Source of the DNA: Escherichia coli
GTDB lineage: Bacteria; Pseudomonadota; Gammaproteobacteria; Enterobacterales; Enterobacteriaceae
Length of the DNA: 64,000 nucleotides
Reading direction: 5' to 3' (one strand)
Assembly: GCF_030013205.1 (NCBI RefSeq)
Contig: NZ_CP122648.1
A model generated the notes under the pieces. It was given only the letters and a program-made list of their open reading frames with translations. It was not told the DNA's origin and made no database searches. Shown in pieces: positions 58,651-64,000 of the stretch (position 1 is the first letter of the stretch; each line of letters begins with the position of its first letter). The position numbers were made by a program, and so were the translations under genes.

Positions 58651-59808
58651 TCACTCCACCTTTTCATCAATCCAGTCCGCCCACCACTGCATCATCTCCC
58701 GGCGCTTATCGAGATACTGAGCATGGTTGTAAATCCCGCGCACAGATCCGCCGTTGGCATGTGCCAGTTGCACTTCAATAGCATCAGCAGGCCATTCGTG
58801 CTCGTTCATAATCGTGCTGAATTCATGCCTGAATCCGTGACCGCTTTCCAGACCTTCATAGCCGATTTGTTTGATCACAAGCAGTACAGCGTTCTCGCAG
58901 ATTGGCTTCTTCTTATCGTTGCGCCCGGCAAAAACAAACTCTGATACTGGTTTAGTGATTGAGCTTAGTGTAGTGAGAAGTTCAACCACCTGGTCTGACA
59001 TCGGGACAACATGAATTTTGCGTCCCTTCATCACACTGGCGTCGATGGTGATAATCCTGTTTTCAAAATCGACGTTCTTCCATAGCATGGAACGAAGCTC
59101 TTTTGTTCTTAGGGCTGTGTAGCGTAAAACTTTGGTCGCAATGAGCGATACGATACTTCCTGAAAATGTTGCAAGTGCTTTGTTGAATGCCGGGATCTGG
59201 TCGGCAGGTAAAAACGGGAAGTTCTTCTTGCGGTATCCCTTCATGGCGTCAGCAAGGTCAGGTGCCGGGTTATATTTAGCCCTACCAGTAACAATAGCGT
59301 AACGGAAAACCTCGCCGCATCTTCTGCGTGCTTTGTTGGCTCGCTCCATTGCACCGCGATCTTCAAATCTGCGGATTACTTCCAGAAGTTGCATCGGCTC
59401 AATATCCTGAATTTCAAGGCCGCCGATGATAGGTAAAATGTCGTCATCAAACATTTTTGCAAGTTCATTTGCATAGCCTACTGACCAGACTTGCTTCTTG
59501 TGCTCGTACCATTCCTTGTAAATGGCGCTAAAGGAATTGTTGTTAGACGAAGCCTTTTTCGCCTTTACCGGATCGATGCCAACCGAGATGTCTTTCCTCG
59601 CAGTCCATGCTTTATCCCTTGCCTCTTGCAAAGTCATAAGCGGATATTTTCCGACGGTCAGGATTTTCTCCTTACCGTCAATCTTGTAGCGAAGCTGCCA
59701 TACCTTTTTCCCTGATACAGGGACATAAAGATACAGGCCATTACCATCGAGTAGGCGGTATGGTTTTTCTTTCGGCTTTGCTGCTTCAATCTGCTTAACG
59801 GTGAGCAT
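58651..59808 (-). CDS. intS: P4-type tyrosine integrase (IntS-like, N-terminal DUF4102 arm-binding domain)
   Basis: MLTVKQIEAAKPKEKPYRLLDGNGLYLYVPVSGKKVWQLRYKIDGKEKILTVGKYP…; catalytic R…HxxR…Y region near the C-terminus; start at internal Met of ORF 58651-59844. Confidence 0.88.
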   Translation of the reverse strand: MLTVKQIEAAKPKEKPYRLLDGNGLYLYVPVSGKKVWQLRYKIDGKEKILTVGKYPLMTLQEARDKAWTARKDISVGIDPVKAKKASSNNNSFSAIYKEWYEHKKQVWSVGYANELAKMFDDDILPIIGGLEIQDIEPMQLLEVIRRFEDRGAMERANKARRRCGEVFRYAIVTGRAKYNPAPDLADAMKGYRKKNFPFLPADQIPAFNKALATFSGSIVSLIATKVLRYTALRTKELRSMLWKNVDFENRIITIDASVMKGRKIHVVPMSDQVVELLTTLSSITKPVSEFVFAGRNDKKKPICENAVLLVIKQIGYEGLESGHGFRHEFSTIMNEHEWPADAIEVQLAHANGGSVRGIYNHAQYLDKRREMMQWWADWIDEKVE

Positions 59809-59969
59809 GGGTAAAAATCCGGTGGGTAAAATTATTTTATCCACTTTTTACCCGTCATGGAGTGCGGCTGTCAACGATCTGACGCGAACCATGACGAACC
59901 GTGAATATACGGAAGGCTTGATATTCAGGGTATTTTGCGGACTGGTACGGATGGGAGCGAACTGATAAA

Positions 59970-59988
59970 TGGTGTCCCTGCAGAAATC
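59970..59988 (-). repeat. Degenerate att-core repeat derived from the argW 3' end
   Basis: tggtgtccctgcagaaatc versus the reverse complement of the argW 3' end tggtgtcccctgcaggaatc (one deletion, one mismatch); no tRNA body. Confidence 0.5.
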
Positions 59989-60205
59989 ATCTTAATTATT
60001 ATCATATTGATTTATATGTTATTTATTTTAGCCATCTTGTTTTTGTACCCGTTTTGTACCCGTTTTATTCTATTCCCAATTTAAACTTCGATTCTGGAAA
60101 GGTGAGTAGGGGAGGTTATCATTTTATGTATCATTGTTGTAGACACAGAATAATTACTCGCCTATCCTCACTGTATACACACCATAGATACAGGAGTTAA
60201 CCCAC

Positions 60206-60454
60206 ATGCGCACACAGGTTGTATTGCAAAAATGGGGTAACAGCATTGCCCTTCGACTAACGGGAAACCTTAAAACCGTTCCGGGTTTTTCAGTGGGTGA
60301 TATCGTCAACGTTGAAATTAGTGAAAAAGGGCTTTTTGTAGAAAAGCCTGCACGCCGTCGCCTGAGTGAAGCCGAACTACTCGCCGGGATAACGCCAGTT
60401 ACAGCGCACGCTGACGAAATTGCCACCCCATTCAATGAGGAGGTTGATTACTGA
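60206..60454 (+). CDS. MazE/PemI-like antitoxin (AbrB/SpoVT-type swapped-hairpin)
   Basis: 82 aa, MRTQVVLQKWGNSIALRLTGNLKTVPGFSVGDIVNVEISEKGLFVEKP…; RBS aggag; stop overlaps the toxin start (TGATG). Confidence 0.75.
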   Translation: MRTQVVLQKWGNSIALRLTGNLKTVPGFSVGDIVNVEISEKGLFVEKPARRRLSEAELLAGITPVTAHADEIATPFNEEVDY

Positions 60455-60798
60455 TGTTTGTACCTAAGCGTGGTGATATTTGCTGGCTGGATTTTGAGCC
60501 GCAGAAAGGAAAAGAGATCGGAAAGTATCGCCCGGCACTCATACTATCCCATGAGCAATATAACCGACTCACCGGGCTTGTCATATGCTGCCCCATAAGT
60601 ACGAGCATACGAAATGCTCCCACAGAAGTTCCGGTAACAAATCTGGACGCCCCCAGCGTGGTAGCAACCACACTCATTCAAACCCTTGACTGGCGTCAGC
60701 GGAAAGCGCGCTTAATCACAGAGGCAGAAGATGGGGTATTTAATGATGTGCTTGAAAGAGTCATTACTCTGATTGGTGGAGAGCATCTGCTTAAGTAA
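60454..60798 (+). CDS. MazF/PemK-family endoribonuclease toxin
   Basis: 114 aa, MFVPKRGDICWLDFEPQKGKEIGKYRPALILSHEQYNRLTGLVICCPISTS…; translationally coupled to the upstream antitoxin. Confidence 0.75.
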   Translation: MFVPKRGDICWLDFEPQKGKEIGKYRPALILSHEQYNRLTGLVICCPISTSIRNAPTEVPVTNLDAPSVVATTLIQTLDWRQRKARLITEAEDGVFNDVLERVITLIGGEHLLK

Positions 60799-60841
60799 AA
60801 GGAGGGCTGAGAAGCCCTCAACGTTACCGGAAATTTCCTTG

Positions 60842-62113
60842 CTATTCTTTCCAGTCAATCCCATCCAGTAAGCACCCTGCCTCATATTGCCCCACCACCC
60901 AGTCAAGGTTACAGGACTCATAGAACGCGAGGCGATTATACTGAGGCTCGTTTTTTACCAGGCCACGAACGGAACCACGCTGCCAGTACAGACACAGATT
61001 GGCAAGAGGTGTGATCAATACAGCATTGTCCGGGAAAAATGGAACGGTCACAGCCGGGAGATTCCCCAGAACGGGATTTTTAATGATTTCCTCGTTAAGC
61101 AAAATTTCCTGATTCATCTGCGATGGATCAAGACGGTTTATCAAAGGCCATTGTTTACGGACCAGCGTATTGTGACTGCATACGGCCACAATGCCTTCCT
61201 GCCACTGTTCATCAATCATGGATTGCCAGGCATCCAGAACGAGCGCATCTATCGTATGGTGTGTACCGCGTATATTACTTTTCGGTGATGAGACAGAAAG
61301 GCCGCTGATAACCCTTCCCGCCGCTTCATTTCGAAACTTCTGCAACCAGCCCACGCCGCAATCGTCACGCCCCGGATATGTTCCGGGATCTGATACATCG
61401 GCATAGTGCGTACCGTTAAAACCAATCTGAATCAAATCCAGCCATTTCTGGCGTTCAAAAGCAGCCCGGGCGCTTCCTTCAAGACCGTTTGCGGATGCGT
61501 GAGCATCAACATTGTCGTAGTTCAGCGCAAAATCAAAATTAACCTGCTCGCAGCGGTAGCCCCTTGAAACCAGTGAATGCGCCTGTAGTGGCGAGCGGCG
61601 CTCGTGAGGTGGCGATGTACGTGCTAACGGCCCCGAAGCGTCTACCAGCACAACCTGACCTGATATATCCGTAACAGGCACGGGAGTTATTTCAGCAAGG
61701 AAATTTGCCTGCCATCCACTGGCAAGCGTTGCACTCTGGCGGGGGACGGGTTCAACTTCTGACGAATAGCGCGCAGTGTCACCGGAAAAGTGCAAATCCT
61801 TCGGATGCTTTCCGGTTATCGACTCGATAGCGCAATTGAAAACCATCTGAGACTGTTGATTTCGTTGTGATACAACAGAATCAGCAGTGCAATTATAACG
61901 CTCAATGCCGTCGTTATTACCCCCACCGCTTGCAGTATGCAGGGTGTGAAGCTCAAGCTCACGCTCCAGTTTTTGATATTCATTGTCCAGCGCGCGACGC
62001 GTCTCATCGCTTATGCTTGCTGTGTTTGCTTTCAGGCGATTCCGGGACATTAATCCCCTGAGTCGGCTCACTATATCAGCGCCGTGCAAATGTGGAGTAT
62101 TCAGACCGCCCAT
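60842..62113 (-). CDS. P2-family major capsid protein-like (GpN-like), tentative
   Basis: Segments (…CEQVNFDF…, …IGFNG…GVGWLQKFRNEA…, …LGNLPAVTVPFFPDNAVLITPLANL…YESCNLDWVVGQYEAGCL…) resemble remembered P2 GpN; start placed at the Met whose ATG overlaps the upstream gene's stop; listed ORF extends to 62254. Confidence 0.5.
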   Translation of the reverse strand: MGGLNTPHLHGADIVSRLRGLMSRNRLKANTASISDETRRALDNEYQKLERELELHTLHTASGGGNNDGIERYNCTADSVVSQRNQQSQMVFNCAIESITGKHPKDLHFSGDTARYSSEVEPVPRQSATLASGWQANFLAEITPVPVTDISGQVVLVDASGPLARTSPPHERRSPLQAHSLVSRGYRCEQVNFDFALNYDNVDAHASANGLEGSARAAFERQKWLDLIQIGFNGTHYADVSDPGTYPGRDDCGVGWLQKFRNEAAGRVISGLSVSSPKSNIRGTHHTIDALVLDAWQSMIDEQWQEGIVAVCSHNTLVRKQWPLINRLDPSQMNQEILLNEEIIKNPVLGNLPAVTVPFFPDNAVLITPLANLCLYWQRGSVRGLVKNEPQYNRLAFYESCNLDWVVGQYEAGCLLDGIDWKE

Positions 62114-62823
62114 TACTGCCACCCCCGGCAGAGTTCTCTGCCCTCCGCAAGGTCGCGCATTTTTTCTGGATTCTGTCGCGCCGCGCTCCATTGTACAGGT
62201 GAAGGGGCGCTCCTGATTGCGCAGCTTACTGAATCCGGGAGTTTCTCCGGGCAATAACGCAGCGGGCTGGAGGTGTCGCTTTCGGTATCGTTAATCCGGC
62301 CGCGAATCATCCCGACACTTTCAGCAGTATCTGCCGCTTTCAGTGTTTCGCATATTTTCTTTTCTGCGTTATACAGCGGCTGGCCAAGTAGCTCACATAA
62401 ACCACGAATCAATAACAGAACAGGGGTCAGCTCGTTAATCAGTTCGGGAAGTGCTTTTGCAAATATCTCTGCCCGCAACTTATTATCAATGCTTTCGTAA
62501 GCACAACCAGCCTCTGCCGCGTTATAACGACACTCCAGTAGCCTGATGCGCGCTTCATCATGCAATACCCGCAGACGCTCAAGATTTTCTCGCGCCACAC
62601 CCGCCTGAATGGATAATTTCGCGGAGGCTTCCGTTTTTACGCCCAGCGCAGACAGGATTGAGTTCTGCCAGTCACGATCGAGAGATTCCAGCTCCCCTTT
62701 CGTCTGTTCGATAGTCGCTTCCAGATTGGTGATTAATGATTCCTGTTCACTGAGTTTTGCCATGGCTGTATCAAACTGTGCTTTACATACCTGATGTTCG
62801 GCGCTTGCCTGAGTTATATCCAT
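62113..62823 (-). CDS. Coiled-coil phage morphogenesis protein (scaffold/Sid-like), tentative
   Basis: 236 aa, helical N-terminus; immediately upstream of and translationally coupled (ATGA) to the capsid-like gene. Confidence 0.35.
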   Translation of the reverse strand: MDITQASAEHQVCKAQFDTAMAKLSEQESLITNLEATIEQTKGELESLDRDWQNSILSALGVKTEASAKLSIQAGVARENLERLRVLHDEARIRLLECRYNAAEAGCAYESIDNKLRAEIFAKALPELINELTPVLLLIRGLCELLGQPLYNAEKKICETLKAADTAESVGMIRGRINDTESDTSSPLRYCPEKLPDSVSCAIRSAPSPVQWSAARQNPEKMRDLAEGRELCRGWQ

Positions 62824-62949
62824 TATTTGCTCCTGTAATACATTTTTTTACTTACGCCGATTTTTTCCATATTGCGTAATACATTCCAGCCGATTTTGTT
62901 CTCGTAATACGCTCACAATACTGTTGTATTACGCTTTCTTATATCGCGG
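62824..62949. promoter_or_regulatory. Divergent intergenic control region with repeated GTAATACATT / CGTAATAC motifs
   Basis: gtaatacatt at 62835-62844 and 62876-62885; cgtaatac at 62903-62910; gtattacg at 62926-62933; gccgatttt repeated twice. Confidence 0.5.
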
Positions 62950-63222
62950 GTGTTAAATCCCGGCATAAACAATCAGGGAGGCAACACGATGAAAAAACAA
63001 AAGAAAATGCGATGCGTATTACGCTGTATTCGTATCCCGCACGAAATCGACCATAAAATAAATCAGATATGTGAGGACAGAGAGATGAACTACTCCCAGT
63101 GCGTCAGAATGTTTATCAGTCAGGGAATTAAGGCCGGGGAAAAGCAGGAAGAAGACCACAACGGGCGCAATGTAGCGGGGGATGTGTGGGCCTGGGCAAA
63201 TGACCAGAACCACACGACGTAA
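62950..63222 (+). CDS. Small ribbon-helix-helix-like DNA-binding protein, tentative
   Basis: …MRCVLRCIRIPHEIDHKINQICEDREMNYSQCVRMFISQGIKAG… fits a beta-strand then helix-helix RHH pattern; true start may be the Met at 62989. Confidence 0.4.
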   Translation: MLNPGINNQGGNTMKKQKKMRCVLRCIRIPHEIDHKINQICEDREMNYSQCVRMFISQGIKAGEKQEEDHNGRNVAGDVWAWANDQNHTT

Positions 63223-63272
63223 TACAGAAATAACGCAGCCGGTCACACTCGCTGGCTGTGTTATACAAATCA

Positions 63273-63455
63273 CTATGAAGTTTTCGACTTCCTGCGCTTA
63301 GTAATGCGTACAAACGACTCAAGCGTACAAAAACAAGCCCCACACTCAATATTGTTGCACTGGTAATACGTTCTGTAGATGTTTTGTTCGTGTTCTTCCA
63401 ACGAACGACCACGGGTGCGAGCTGAAGCGCCACAGGCCGGGCAAGGGAAAGACAT
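63273..63455 (-). CDS. ogr: Ogr/Delta-family zinc-finger late-gene activator
   Basis: 60 aa, CPACG…YYQCNNIECGACFCTLESFVR matches the Ogr C2C2 pattern. Confidence 0.7.
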   Translation of the reverse strand: MSFPCPACGASARTRGRSLEEHEQNIYRTYYQCNNIECGACFCTLESFVRITKRRKSKTS

Positions 63456-63745
63456 ATCGCGCTCCTCTTACTGGCGTGAAATTTAACCTATTATATCTTC
63501 CGTTGCCTCCTCTGGCTGTATCAAATAAATCCGCGATGGTCGCTGCGTATTACGCGCAGACACACCGTTCCCATGCTCACTCCTCACATTCCCCGTATCA
63601 ATTCTCTCTTGCCGTAAGAACGGCTCTGGCTGGCGATAAAACTAACCCGGTCAGGCATTCCCGCAGTCTTTAGCGAAAGATGTAATTTACCCCCTGAAAC
63701 GCGGGCTGTTCCCCCGTCACCTGCGCGCGAAAAACTCACCGTTTT

Positions 63746-63844
63746 TTGTGCACGCACGAAATCGCCCTCCGGGCGCGCCAGTACCGGGCCGGATGGGCAA
63801 AAAGTTACTCTAAAAAATTGTGCAAATTTGTGCACTTTTGTGCA
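63746..63844. repeat. Phased TTGTGCA direct repeats (4 copies, last 3 spaced 10 bp)
   Basis: ttgtgca at 63746-63752, 63818-63824, 63828-63834 and 63838-63844. Confidence 0.5.
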
Positions 63845-64000
63845 GATGAACAACAGCGTCAAAAAGAGTGCTTTTGAGAGATTTTTTATGGCAACTGCGC
63901 CGCGTGTATTACGTTTTTACCATCCCCGCCGCGCATGTACATACTTCATTTTTCTGCCAAACAACAGGGCAACTCCCCGTGACTGACAGCCCCAAAAAAT

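Noticed and set aside
59900-59990. Expected intact argW tRNA next to the integrase
   Set aside because: Only about 19 nt resembling the tRNA 3' end are present; the D-arm, anticodon arm and T-arm sequences are absent, so this is an att remnant, not a tRNA gene.
62114-62254. 47-codon N-terminal extension of the capsid-like ORF overlapping the scaffold-like gene
   Set aside because: An internal ATG overlapping the upstream stop (ATGA) gives typical translational coupling; the extension would overlap the upstream gene by 141 nt.
63584-63862. 92 aa minus-strand hypothetical ORF
   Set aside because: No RBS or domain recognisable and its 5' end is occupied by phased TTGTGCA repeats; more likely regulatory DNA. 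Kept only as a low-confidence possibility.
62824-63913. Possible CRISPR array suggested by the short repeated motifs
   Set aside because: Repeats are 8-11 bp, irregularly spaced, in both orientations and partly inside ORFs; no 28-37 bp repeat and spacer periodicity and no cas genes. Interpreted as protein-binding sites.

Overview
This 64 kb window reads as an Escherichia coli chromosome segment (non-K-12 arrangement) running from yfeD/yfeC through nupC, mntH, glk, the fry PTS operon, ypdABC, alaC, lpxP, frc-oxc-yfdV, evgSA, emrKY and dsdA, then into accessory DNA. All gene names are assigned from my recognition of the translated ORFs; no database search was run. The conserved backbone (about 1-40.9 kb) carries three IS200/IS605-family insertions: a 5'-truncated tnpB at the window start and two near-identical ~712 bp IS200 copies in direct orientation at 4431-5142 and 30213-30923, each sitting immediately after a terminator hairpin. 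From 40.9 kb onward the content is accessory: dsdX is reduced to a C-terminal fragment and followed by the csc sucrose-utilisation genes (cscR, cscA, cscK, cscB). Next comes a degraded P22-like prophage remnant (46.7-60.0 kb) bounded by two short copies of the argW tRNA 3' end, with internal deletion scars, an HNH endonuclease gene, an IS1-disrupted tailspike, a gtr-type glycosylation cluster in a non-canonical gene order and a P4-type integrase (intS-like). The last 4 kb begins a second phage-related island: a MazE/MazF-like toxin-antitoxin pair, P2-family capsid- and scaffold-like genes, an Ogr/Delta-like zinc-finger gene and a small ribbon-helix-helix gene, embedded in intergenic DNA with a strongly over-represented CGTAATAC/GTATTACG 8-mer and phased TTGTGCA repeats. 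No CRISPR array or rRNA was seen. The candidates I would look at first are the terminal island (TA pair plus repeat-rich regulatory region) and the rearranged gtr cluster.
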